The notes: a model not told the origin generated them from the letters alone. Counted from the first letter of the stretch, positions 47,281 to 56,128 are shown. The stretch: 64,000 bases of DNA from Candidatus Doudnabacteria bacterium (GCA_028286905.1 JAQBQP010000002.1:453358-517357); one strand, 5' to 3'. Program-made: numbers and translations.

Positions 47281-47350
47281 ATGATCACACTTAAATTATA
47301 CACTACTTAAGAAAAACAGCTTCCGAGCATATAGCGCGCAAGCTGTTTAA

Positions 47351-47506
47351 TTACTTGGTTTCTTTGTGCAAGGTCATCTTACGTTCATGCTTGCAATATT
47401 TCATGATTTCCAAGCGCTTCTGATTTAGCTTCTTATTCTTTCTAGAATGATAATTCAGGTTTTTACACTCTGTGCATTCTAGCTTTATTAGGTTATCTTG
47501 TGACAT
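47351..47506 (-). CDS. rpmG: 50S ribosomal protein L33
   Basis: Hand translation gives [51 protein letters not shown], which fits the L33 zinc-ribbon pattern. It is below the ORF-track cutoff. Confidence 0.7.
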   Translation of the reverse strand: MSQDNLIKLECTECKNLNYHSRKNKKLNQKRLEIMKYCKHERKMTLHKETK

Positions 47507-47523
47507 ATTTTCCTATTAGGTTA

Positions 47524-47599
47524 TGGAGCCGGCTGTCGGACTCGAACCGACCACCTACGGTTTACAAAACCGTTGCTCTACCGGATGAGCTAAGCCGGC
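47524..47599 (-). tRNA. tRNA-Thr (anticodon UGU), CCA encoded
   Basis: Hand-folded. Acceptor GCCGGCT/AGCCGGC. Anticodon loop TTTGTAA. T-arm GGTCG-GTTCGAG-TCCGAC. Confidence 0.8.
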
Positions 47600-47656
47600 A
47601 AGTGAATGCCGTAGGTCAAATTAACTACTAAAATTTAACACAAATTCCCAAAACTG

Positions 47657-48124
47657 TCAAAGACTATGAGGCTCGCTTCGTGCCTTATAGACTCTCCAAG
47701 AAGCCTTACCTCTCACTATAATCCAATTAACAGGCTGATCCCATTCTTGTCTTATAAGCTTAAGATCTGAAAATTTTGTACTATCAATAATACCTACTTT
47801 TACCCAATTAGAGGGAATTTTAGAAAGAAAACGATCATACCACCCAGCGCCTTTTCCATGCCTGGTACCATAAACATCAAACATTGTTCCTGGAATAAAA
47901 ACCGATACCGGGCCATTCTTAAATCTAGCTAGACAATTATCTGCCCACTCAAATGGATCACTATTTTTATCTTTTGGAATGACAATGAGATTGTTTTTGT
48001 TTATTTCTAAAGGAAATGATAAATCGTTATAATCAACTTCACTTTTTGTGGGTACGTATAAAACAAACCCCGCGCATTGGGAAAATATTTCTTGTAATTC
48101 TTTTAATGCGGCTACTTCTTCCAT
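47657..48124 (-). CDS. 5-formyltetrahydrofolate cyclo-ligase family protein
   Basis: GTRHGKGAGWYDRFL matches the 5-FCL G-x-G-x-G-(Y/W)YDR motif. It is short, at 155 aa. Confidence 0.55.
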   Translation of the reverse strand: MEEVAALKELQEIFSQCAGFVLYVPTKSEVDYNDLSFPLEINKNNLIVIPKDKNSDPFEWADNCLARFKNGPVSVFIPGTMFDVYGTRHGKGAGWYDRFLSKIPSNWVKVGIIDSTKFSDLKLIRQEWDQPVNWIIVRGKASWRVYKARSEPHSL

Positions 48125-48194
48125 AGATGTATTTTAAAAAAAGATGCTGGAGCGGTGAAACTCCAGCATCGGTGGCAATTGCCCGGCGTTTTGA

Positions 48195-49205
48195 TTAGTG
48201 CTCCATGTGTTTGAGAACCTTCACGTATAACTCCTCCACGACCTTCTCTTGCGCTTTGCCAATCTTGGCGTAGTGATCCAGCCCTGGCGCAGAGTTGACT
48301 TCGAGAACCCAAAATGTACTTGGTTTCTGGCTGATGTCGCCCTCAATCATGAGATCAACGCCGCAAAGGCGCAACCCCATATCACGAGTAAGCTTCACGG
48401 CCAGTTTCCTGAACTCCGGATGCACCTTATCGGTTACATCAACAGAATCGCCCCCAGTGGATAGATTGGCGTTGTCCAAAAGGTAGACCCTCTGACCCTT
48501 TGCAGGGACCGAACGTAAGCTAAGCCCTTGATGGAGCAGCTTTATCGGAATTCGCGGGTCGTCCGCCTTGATTTGGGTGTCTCGACTTGAAGCGACAAAC
48601 TGCCTTTGCTTGATCTTCAAGAGCCGTTCGACTGTGGATTTTCCATCGCCGACAATATTGAGCGGGATGCGCTCGTAGGCAGAGATCACTTTTTTGTCGA
48701 GTACGACCAGGCGATAATCCACCCCAAGTACAGGCTGCTGAACGAGCGCTATTCGATCGCGTTTGAAAACAGCGCGAATAGCTTTGTAGAACTCTCGCTT
48801 GTTGTGGACTAGCGAAACACCGGCGCCTTGGCTGCCGCTGTTCGGCTTCACGATGACCGGAAAACCAATCTTACGTGCGTGCCTATATGCGGCGTCCATA
48901 TTTCTGCGAGGGGCGCCAATCGCTCGGCCCCACTGTTCAGAAAAAAAGGTCTTTGAGCCTGGCACGATCGGGTAACCCATCTCTTTCATGAAGAAGTTCG
49001 AGTAGTCCTTGTCACGAGCGATTTCTGACCCTCCCATTGGGTTCAGATCGAGAGTGTTATAGCGGAAGTAGGAGTGCTGACCACTTTTGAAAGTGATCTG
49101 GCCGACGATTTCCCATTCCGGCTCCATAAGAACAGTCGCCCCAATACGAGGAGCGATCTTCTGCAACATCCTTCCGAGCACTAATGATTCTTTCTTCTTT
49201 TTCAT
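48195..49205 (-). CDS. ATP-grasp ligase (RimK/alpha-L-glutamate-ligase-like)
   Basis: ATP-grasp fold pattern (VIVKPNSGSQGAGV... DLMIE... LEVNSAPGL). Its GC is somewhat above the backbone. Confidence 0.6.
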   Translation of the reverse strand: MKKKKESLVLGRMLQKIAPRIGATVLMEPEWEIVGQITFKSGQHSYFRYNTLDLNPMGGSEIARDKDYSNFFMKEMGYPIVPGSKTFFSEQWGRAIGAPRRNMDAAYRHARKIGFPVIVKPNSGSQGAGVSLVHNKREFYKAIRAVFKRDRIALVQQPVLGVDYRLVVLDKKVISAYERIPLNIVGDGKSTVERLLKIKQRQFVASSRDTQIKADDPRIPIKLLHQGLSLRSVPAKGQRVYLLDNANLSTGGDSVDVTDKVHPEFRKLAVKLTRDMGLRLCGVDLMIEGDISQKPSTFWVLEVNSAPGLDHYAKIGKAQEKVVEELYVKVLKHMEH

Positions 49206-49370
49206 CGTATCTCCTATGACTTGGGCTAAGGAAGCAGAGACTGAAATTTCAGCTTTTTCTGGTTCAAAAACTAATGCAAAGATAGCACTTTATTAGCTTT
49301 TAATCAACTTAATTAGATACCTCTTTTCTAAGATATATGTTATATTTTTAGCGAATCAAAACAGAAATCT

Positions 49371-50645
49371 ATGAACAAATTTGAAAAGTACCACAAAGCA
49401 ATTAATTTTCTTGAAGGCTTAAACAATCTGCCCTTACAAGGAGATTATATGATCGATAAACATCATGCGGATGTGTATCTCAAAAGGATGCGATATTTCC
49501 TTGAACTCCTTGGCAATCCAGACGAAAAAATAAAATTTATACACATAACTGGAACTTCAGGGAAAGGAACAGTTACAAATACAATCCATGAGATATTAAA
49601 TGCTGCAGGCAAGAATGTCGGTTCTTTTACTTCCCCATCTGCCTCTACATCTCTTGAAAAAATTAAAGTAAAAGATAAATACATAGCGCCTGACGAACTT
49701 GCTGTAATTGTTGATTACTTGAAACCTTTCATAGACAAAGCTTACATAGAGGGTCCATATGGCAGACCATCTTATTTCGAGATATTTTTAGCTATTGCGC
49801 TAGTCTACTTTAAAAGACAGAAGTGCGAGTGGGTGGTCTTGGAAGTAGGTCTTGGTGGCAGATACGATGCGACAAATGTAATTAAGAGACCAGTTATTAC
49901 TGCTATTACAAACATTGATTACGATCATACTGAGCTTTTAGGTAAAACCTTAAAGAAAATTGGATTTGATAAGGCGGGAATAATCAAGAAAGGATCCATA
50001 GCTTTCACAACTGAACAACGTCCTTCAATTTTAAAAATATTTAGTGAAATCTCTAAGAAGAAAGGCGTAGAGCTAAATGTGTTATCCAAGGAAAACAGTT
50101 ACAGAAAATACAATGCAGAGTTGGCAACAGCTATTACTGGACGCATTGGTATTCAGGACAAATATATTATCCAAGGAATAAATAGCGCTCGCCTTGTATG
50201 TCGGTTTGAGCTTATACAGGATAAACCGATGGTAGTTCTCGACGGTGCGCATAACCGATCTAAAATAAATACTACAATCTACAATTTAAAGCAGCTAAGC
50301 TTTAAAAAGCTATACTTAATTATTGGGGTTGCAGATAATAAAGATCACATCTCTATTTTAGAGCAAATAATTCCAGAAGCTGACCATATCTTCTTTACTA
50401 GATTTCAAAACAAAGAAAGAAAATGTGCTCACCCTAAAGAACTATTAGAGAAATCTAAAGCATATTTTAAAAAAGGAGTGGAAACAGAAATCTATCTTGA
50501 TCCAGAAGATGCTTTATCTAAAGCTCTAAGACTTGCGAAGACTAATGACCTAATATTGGTTGCTGGCTCCTTCTTCTTAGCAGGTGAGCTACGCAAACGA
50601 TGGTACTCCGAAAATGCAGTATTACAGAAAAGAAAAAGTTTTTAA
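49371..50645 (+). CDS. folC: folylpolyglutamate synthase/dihydrofolate synthase (Mur-ligase family)
   Basis: P-loop TGTSGKGT and a Mur-ligase middle domain (DATNVI..., DGAHN). Confidence 0.75.
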   Translation: MNKFEKYHKAINFLEGLNNLPLQGDYMIDKHHADVYLKRMRYFLELLGNPDEKIKFIHITGTSGKGTVTNTIHEILNAAGKNVGSFTSPSASTSLEKIKVKDKYIAPDELAVIVDYLKPFIDKAYIEGPYGRPSYFEIFLAIALVYFKRQKCEWVVLEVGLGGRYDATNVIKRPVITAITNIDYDHTELLGKTLKKIGFDKAGIIKKGSIAFTTEQRPSILKIFSEISKKKGVELNVLSKENSYRKYNAELATAITGRIGIQDKYIIQGINSARLVCRFELIQDKPMVVLDGAHNRSKINTTIYNLKQLSFKKLYLIIGVADNKDHISILEQIIPEADHIFFTRFQNKERKCAHPKELLEKSKAYFKKGVETEIYLDPEDALSKALRLAKTNDLILVAGSFFLAGELRKRWYSENAVLQKRKSF

Positions 50646-50654
50646 CCCCAAATT

Positions 50655-51188
50655 ATGAAAATTATTTTATTAATGGTTACCTCCCTTGATGGCAAGACAA
50701 CAAGATGGAACGAATCAAGAATATTTCAATGGACATCAAAAGAGGATCAAGATAATTTCTCCTCTCTTATCAAAAAAAAATCTTTGCTTATTATGGGAAG
50801 AAAGACTTTTGATGCTGCTAAAAAAATGATAAAGCTTTCTCCAAAAATATTACACGTAGTTTTCACGACGGAACCTGAAAAGTATCTAGACTTAGTGGTC
50901 CCAGGACAGCTTGAGTTTGTAAACGGTAGTGCTATTAACATTATCAACAAACTTGACGATCGTGGTTATAAAGAAGCACTGCTGCTTGGTGGAGAGCACC
51001 TAAATACGGAATTCTTTAAAGAAAAATTGGTGAATGAAGTGTGGCTTACTCTTGAACCCTATTTATTTGGTATTGGAAATCAGCTAGTCCTCTCCGAAAA
51101 ATTAAATATTGACCTAACTCTTCAGAGTATTACTAAACTTAACAAAAAAGGCACACTTCTTTTAAAATATGAAGCAAACAAGAATTAA
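50655..51188 (+). CDS. RibD C-terminal domain / dihydrofolate-reductase-like protein
   Basis: MKIILLMVTSLDGKTT ... LLIMGRKTF is the YwjB/RibD_C-type DHFR-like fold signature. Confidence 0.55.
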   Translation: MKIILLMVTSLDGKTTRWNESRIFQWTSKEDQDNFSSLIKKKSLLIMGRKTFDAAKKMIKLSPKILHVVFTTEPEKYLDLVVPGQLEFVNGSAINIINKLDDRGYKEALLLGGEHLNTEFFKEKLVNEVWLTLEPYLFGIGNQLVLSEKLNIDLTLQSITKLNKKGTLLLKYEANKN

Positions 51189-51312
51189 GGTCTAATACTT
51201 TTTTAAAAGAATTTCCATTATTTGTATAAAACAACCCTTGCTATTAGCCAATTGCTATGCTAACATGTTTAAAGTCTCGATTAAACAATTAACTATCTGG
51301 AGAATTAAATCC

Positions 51313-51423
51313 ATGTTTATAGACGAAACTGAAGAAAAGCAAGACGACGCTGCTGCTATGCCAGCTGAAGGTGCTGCTGATGAAGCTACACCAGCTGCTG
51401 ATGATACAGAAGCCGCTGCTTAA
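51313..51423 (+). CDS. small acidic Ala-rich peptide (about 36 aa)
   Basis: Reads MFIDETEEKQDDAAAMPAEGAADEATPAADDTEAAA. A GGAG RBS sits about 8 nt upstream. A clean terminator follows at about 51446-51482. Weak call. Confidence 0.25.
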   Translation: MFIDETEEKQDDAAAMPAEGAADEATPAADDTEAAA

Positions 51424-51445
51424 TATTGATTCTCTGAAATCAAAA

Positions 51446-51482
51446 TGAGAAAAGGCGATCGCATTGTGCGGTCGCCTTTTTC
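51446..51482. terminator. bidirectional terminator hairpin
   Basis: AAAAGGCGATCGCATTGTGCGGTCGCCTTTTT sits between convergent genes. Confidence 0.5.
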
Positions 51483-51526
51483 GTTTGCTTTGATATCTAT
51501 CCTCCCTACTTGATGTGCTCGGCTGT

Positions 51527-51811
51527 CTACACGACCGCCATGCCTCGTGGCTGAGCAGCCAATCCGCCGCACTGTACAGCGGGCGGCAGGCCTTCGTGCA
51601 GTCTACGCTGCCACTCGACGACGTCTGCTCGTGTGATTCCCAGGATCTCCACGAACCGATCCATGTCTCCGTCGCAATCGGTGACGAACTGATCGCGCTG
51701 CTGTTGGAACAACGGCAGCGCATTCAGTTCGCCTGCCTTTAGGCGCGCCACGGTTTCCCTGGCCTTGCTCAGCAGCCCTTCGCGAACCGCTTCGAGCGAT
51801 TCTCTTTGCAT
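51527..51811 (-). CDS. hypothetical protein on a GC-rich insert
   Basis: GC-rich. RBS GAGGGGGG before MQRESLEAV.... Confidence 0.35.
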   Translation of the reverse strand: MQRESLEAVREGLLSKARETVARLKAGELNALPLFQQQRDQFVTDCDGDMDRFVEILGITRADVVEWQRRLHEGLPPAVQCGGLAAQPRGMAVV

Positions 51812-51876
51812 AATCGGTGCCCCCCTCGGTGAAACGGTGAGTTGGCTATGCCCTAATTCTATTGCCATCAACAGAA

Positions 51877-52308
51877 TTAGTCAAAGCTTCTTACCGCAAT
51901 CACCAGCGTCAATGGCAGAACGTCGCCAAAGGGGTTAAGTTCGACATACGGTTGCTGCATTTTCCAGCTCCGCTTGTAGAAACCAGGCGGAACTGGTGCT
52001 ACAACCCGCGGCTCGAAGATTACTGAATCGCCGGGTTTTACTTCTGGCAAAAAAATCTTCGCGACTAGGTCTGCCGGTTGAATGCGAACTGATTCGAACC
52101 AGCGGTCTTTCCATACCACGCCGCCGCAATTCCGCAACAGCCATTTCTTCTCGACTACTTGTCCGGGAGTAGCCTGAACTGTGTCGATGTGGAAATAGCT
52201 TTCGCTAAACTTCATGCAGTCATCCGACCCGCGCGAAATATTTATCCGACCCTGAGCGCTACTCGTGATCGGGGCCGCAATAAGCAAAGCGATCAACAAG
52301 TAACGCAT
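51877..52308 (-). CDS. secreted protein on a GC-rich insert
   Basis: Signal peptide MRYLLIALLIAAPITSSAQG. Its own TTGACC-17-TATTCT promoter lies immediately downstream of the tRNA-Thr 3' end. Confidence 0.45.
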   Translation of the reverse strand: MRYLLIALLIAAPITSSAQGRINISRGSDDCMKFSESYFHIDTVQATPGQVVEKKWLLRNCGGVVWKDRWFESVRIQPADLVAKIFLPEVKPGDSVIFEPRVVAPVPPGFYKRSWKMQQPYVELNPFGDVLPLTLVIAVRSFD

Positions 52309-52397
52309 CTATTTCTCCGTTGGGGATTTTTGAGAATACAATAAAAAAACCACGCGGTCAAGCGAGGAAAATTGTTCTATTTACTTCTGGTTATTTC

Positions 52398-52473
52398 TGG
52401 AGCCGTTGATCGGAATTGAACCGATGACCTACTCCTTACCATGGAGTTGCTCTACCAACTGAGCTACAACGGC
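52398..52473 (-). tRNA. tRNA-Thr (anticodon GGU), CCA encoded
   Basis: Hand-folded. Acceptor GCCGTTG/CAACGGC. Anticodon loop ATGGTAA. T-arm GGTTCAATTCC. Confidence 0.8.
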
Positions 52474-52500
52474 ATGTCGCCATTCGACAACTTATGGTTT

Positions 52501-52587
52501 TGGTGGGCGGTGAAGGATTTGCACCTTCGAAGCCGTAGAGGCAGCTGATTTACAGTCAGCTCCGTTTGACTACTTCGGTAACCGCCC
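52501..52587 (-). tRNA. tRNA-Tyr (anticodon GUA), long variable arm, CCA encoded
   Basis: Hand-folded. Anticodon loop CTGTAAA. T-arm GAAGG-TGCAAAT-CCTTC. About 87 nt. Confidence 0.75.
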
Positions 52588-52592
52588 ATGAT

Positions 52593-53432
52593 TTATTGTT
52601 GAATTTCAACCAGCTTTTGCTGGATCTCTAGATTCTCCGGATAACGATTGTTTGCCGCGCTTAACATTTCAATCGCGGCGTCTTTGTCGCCTTTCTTTAA
52701 CAAGGCATCCGCAAAGATAACTAAGTATTGCATATTGGCTGGGTCCAAGTCTACCGCTTTCTGGAAGCTCTCGATTGCTTGACCTAATCTACCTGCGCCC
52801 TGCAATGACAGACCTAAGTTCACAAACCTTGCTGGAATTGAACTATTCAAGGCTAAAGCTTTTTCATAAGCTCTTACTGCTTCGTCATATTTGCGCAATG
52901 AAAGGTTGGCATTACCAAGCTGCGCTAAGTACGAATCATTCTGAGGATTGTGTGATACTAGATATTCTAAAATTTCAATAATATCATCGTACTTCTTTTG
53001 CTTAAAATAAATTTTTATCAAGCCTTCATAAGCGCTGTACTCATGCGGATGCTTGCGAATCACTTGAATGTAGGTTTGTTCCGATTCTTCGTCTTTGCCT
53101 TCTTGGAACAGACGCGCCGCTTTGCCAATGCTATTGTAGGCGCCAATATTTATTACCCGAGCTTTTGGTTTAACAAAAGAAGCGAATTTGGAAGCCAAGA
53201 TCTGACCTTGTTTCAAATCCTTGGCTTCCAACATAAAGTGCCAAATTTTATTTATTATTCCAACAAAGAAAGAGTAAACTGCAGATTCCGAAGGTTCTGA
53301 GCTCCCAGCGCTGCCGCCAAATTGTAATTGACCGTTTTCTTCTACGACTTCAGGAATTCGGCGCAAAAATATCACTAGAATTCCCAGTACGCAAAGAACG
53401 ATAATTAAATTAGCGATGAACTGAAAGGACAT
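52593..53432 (-). CDS. TPR-repeat protein with N-terminal TM anchor
   Basis: Four or five tandem TPR-like 34-aa repeats (AYEGLIKIYF..., AVRAYEKALAL...). Confidence 0.55.
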   Translation of the reverse strand: MSFQFIANLIIVLCVLGILVIFLRRIPEVVEENGQLQFGGSAGSSEPSESAVYSFFVGIINKIWHFMLEAKDLKQGQILASKFASFVKPKARVINIGAYNSIGKAARLFQEGKDEESEQTYIQVIRKHPHEYSAYEGLIKIYFKQKKYDDIIEILEYLVSHNPQNDSYLAQLGNANLSLRKYDEAVRAYEKALALNSSIPARFVNLGLSLQGAGRLGQAIESFQKAVDLDPANMQYLVIFADALLKKGDKDAAIEMLSAANNRYPENLEIQQKLVEIQQ

Positions 53433-53468
53433 AAACCTCCGACCCTGCCCTACAAATTTAGGTGGGTA

Positions 53469-54050
53469 CTAATTACCTAAATGATAGCGTGTAAATCGTC
53501 TTACGACAACATTCTCGCCAAGTTTCGCAGCTTTTTCTGCAATAAAATCTTTTATCTTCTTTTCAGGCTCTTTTACGAAGGGTTGTTCCATTAAACAAGT
53601 CTCCTCAAAGTACTTTGCAAGTTTGCCTTCGATCATCTTTTCCACAACTGCTTCTGGTTTTCCGGAATCTTTTGCCTGTTCTTTGTAGATTTCCTTTTCC
53701 TTTTCAATAACTTCATTAGGAACATCTGCTGTAGTTACGTACAAAGGGTTTGCAGCTGCAATGTGCAAAGCTAACTCTTTAGCAAGATTCTTAAAATCAT
53801 CGGTACGCGCTACAAAATCTGTTTCAGTATTAAGCTCCAGCAATACGCCAACTTTTCCGCCGGCGTGGATGTAGCTTTCGATCAGACCTTCGTTTGCAAT
53901 ACGGTCGGATTTTTTCAACATCTTTGATTGGCCTTTTTTGCGCAAAATATCGATTGCTTTTTCTTTATCATTGCCAGCTTCATCTAGAGCTGCTTTGATG
54001 TCCATCATCCCCGCGCCAGTTAAGTCGCGAAGTTCTTTTAATAGTTCCAT
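53469..54050 (-). CDS. tsf: elongation factor Ts
   Basis: N-terminal UBA-like ELRDLTGAGMMDIKAAL, then the EF-Ts core. Confidence 0.9.
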   Translation of the reverse strand: MELLKELRDLTGAGMMDIKAALDEAGNDKEKAIDILRKKGQSKMLKKSDRIANEGLIESYIHAGGKVGVLLELNTETDFVARTDDFKNLAKELALHIAAANPLYVTTADVPNEVIEKEKEIYKEQAKDSGKPEAVVEKMIEGKLAKYFEETCLMEQPFVKEPEKKIKDFIAEKAAKLGENVVVRRFTRYHLGN

Positions 54051-54162
54051 GTTTAACGTCTCCGAAGGTCTGCCCTTACGCCTGCGTCCTCCACCAGGAG
54101 GACCGGGTGGAAGGACGGACCTTGTTGTTATTTTTATCTTGTAATAAAAGTATTAGTACGTA

Positions 54163-54942
54163 CTACTTCGCAGCTTCTGTTGCTGGCGCTTCTTTTGCAG
54201 CGACGGGTGCTGGCTTTGGCGTATTTACCGCATTGATCGGAGCATTTACCGGCACAAAAGAGTTTTTGCCATCGATAATTGCATCAGCCAAAGCATTTGC
54301 AACTAATTCAACGGCTTTAATTGCATCATCGTTTGCAGGAATAACGTAATCAATTTTATCTGGGCTGCCGTTTGTATCAACAACTGCGATAATTTTAACT
54401 TTTGATTTCTGAGCTTCTGTTAAAGCAATTTCGTCATGCTTAACGTCGAAAATTACAACTGCTTCAGGAAGCTTACGTAGGTCTTTGATACCTTCGAACA
54501 AAGTCTTCATTTTTGTAAGCTCGCGTTCCATCATCAAACCTTCTTTTTTAGTGTAATTCTTTTCCATTTCGCCGGTAGCTTTCAAGTTTTCGTATTTTTC
54601 CATCTTCTTGATAGATTTCTGGATTGTACGGAAGTTTGTGAAAGTACCACCCAACCAACGCGTGATAACATAAGGCATTCCAGCTGAAATTGCAGCTGCT
54701 TTTACAGCATCTTTGGATTGACGCTTTGTGCCTACGAACAAAACATAACCGCCCTTAGCAGCAACCTCTTTTGAGAAAGTCATGGCATCTAATAGCTTCG
54801 CACGGGTCTTTTCAAGATCCATAATATGGATATTGTTGCGGACTGTGAAAATATAAGGACGCATCTTTGGATTCCAACGTGAAGTTTGGTGACCAAAATG
54901 CGCGCCGGACTTCAACAGTTCCGGTAAGGAAACATCTTTCAT
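54163..54942 (-). CDS. rpsB: 30S ribosomal protein S2
   Basis: S2 signature region. rpsB-tsf gene order. Confidence 0.9.
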   Translation of the reverse strand: MKDVSLPELLKSGAHFGHQTSRWNPKMRPYIFTVRNNIHIMDLEKTRAKLLDAMTFSKEVAAKGGYVLFVGTKRQSKDAVKAAAISAGMPYVITRWLGGTFTNFRTIQKSIKKMEKYENLKATGEMEKNYTKKEGLMMERELTKMKTLFEGIKDLRKLPEAVVIFDVKHDEIALTEAQKSKVKIIAVVDTNGSPDKIDYVIPANDDAIKAVELVANALADAIIDGKNSFVPVNAPINAVNTPKPAPVAAKEAPATEAAK

Positions 54943-55110
54943 TCGATAAACCTTTCTTTGATAACCGCTGGCAGCATTAAAGCGCCAGGCAGAGATCCTT
55001 GTACTTCTATTTCGGTGATCTCGATTGAAGCCCGCAGGCCATCGAGACAGGATCTGTCCGAAATATGTTTAATTAATAACAAGTGGATTATAACAGGTTA
55101 TCTATAATAT
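54943..55110 (-). promoter_or_regulatory. rpsB leader (possible S2 autoregulatory structure) with TTATAAT -10
   Basis: A roughly 150-nt GC-enriched, hairpin-rich 5' UTR. Confidence 0.3.
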
Positions 55111-55161
55111 GACAAATAGTCCCTGGCATGCTTTAATTAGATATATAAAAACAAGAATTCT

Positions 55162-55773
55162 ATGAAAAGATACATACTGACATCAACCGGCTTATCAGAT
55201 CCAAAACTTAACAAAGAGATTGCTAAATTATTAGAAACAGATCCGAAAGAAAAAGCAGTTATTATAACAACTGCTGCAGAAGAAAAAGACCATAGTAAAT
55301 ATGTTCAAGTGGCAAAAGAACAGCTAATTAAGCTTGGTTACAAAACCGTGCTATTTGTTGATTTTGAAAACGAAGGTTTAGAGAAAATTATTGACGCTGA
55401 TTTAATTTATGTTGCCGGCGGCAATACTTTCAAACTTATGAAGTTTGCTCGAATGCGAAAGTTCGGCTCTCTTTTAAGATTAGACCTTTCGTCGACTAAG
55501 ACCTATATCGGAGTCAGCGCAGGTAGTATTATTTTGGGTAACTCCGTAGAAATTGCTGGTGCGTTAGGCGGCGACTACCGTGATTCAAATGAGGTCGAGT
55601 TAAAAGATCTTACTGCGATAAGATTAGTTATGCGAGACATTTACCCACACTATACGCCAGACCAAGAACAAGAAACACAAAAGTATGAAGAACAAAAAAA
55701 CATCGAAGTGCTTCGCATTGCCGATGATCAAGCGATGCTATATGACAGCAATGGTTTAACTTATTTGGAATAA
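55162..55773 (+). CDS. peptidase S51 family (dipeptidase E/cyanophycinase-like)
   Basis: YVAGGNTF and GVSAGSII motifs place the catalytic Ser in the S51 context. Confidence 0.6.
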   Translation: MKRYILTSTGLSDPKLNKEIAKLLETDPKEKAVIITTAAEEKDHSKYVQVAKEQLIKLGYKTVLFVDFENEGLEKIIDADLIYVAGGNTFKLMKFARMRKFGSLLRLDLSSTKTYIGVSAGSIILGNSVEIAGALGGDYRDSNEVELKDLTAIRLVMRDIYPHYTPDQEQETQKYEEQKNIEVLRIADDQAMLYDSNGLTYLE

Positions 55774-55855
55774 ATCCCTTAATCCATAAAAGGCTGGTTT
55801 TAAAGGCTTGGGCCATAGGTTTACAAAACCCGTCCTATATGTTATTCTATTGGGT

Positions 55856-56128
55856 ATGAAAAACGAACTACACCCAAAATATAATCCAAACGCGAAGTTT
55901 AGCTGCGCATGCGGCAATAGCTTCACATCTGGTTCTACTAGAGATGAAATCCATGTAGAAATCTGTTCAAATTGCCATCCTTTCTATACAGGCAAGCAAA
56001 AGCTTATGGATACAGCTGGTAACGTTGATAAGTTCAGAAAGCGCGCTGAAAAAGCTGTCGTTTACGCTGAAACTAAGACTGTAAAGAAGCCTCGTAAAAG
56101 TCAGGCTGAAAAGAAGACTGCTAAGTAG
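55856..56128 (+). CDS. rpmE: 50S ribosomal protein L31
   Basis: [10 protein letters not shown]... with a CxxC...C zinc ribbon. Start moved to the internal ATG. Confidence 0.85.
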   Translation: MKNELHPKYNPNAKFSCACGNSFTSGSTRDEIHVEICSNCHPFYTGKQKLMDTAGNVDKFRKRAEKAVVYAETKTVKKPRKSQAEKKTAK

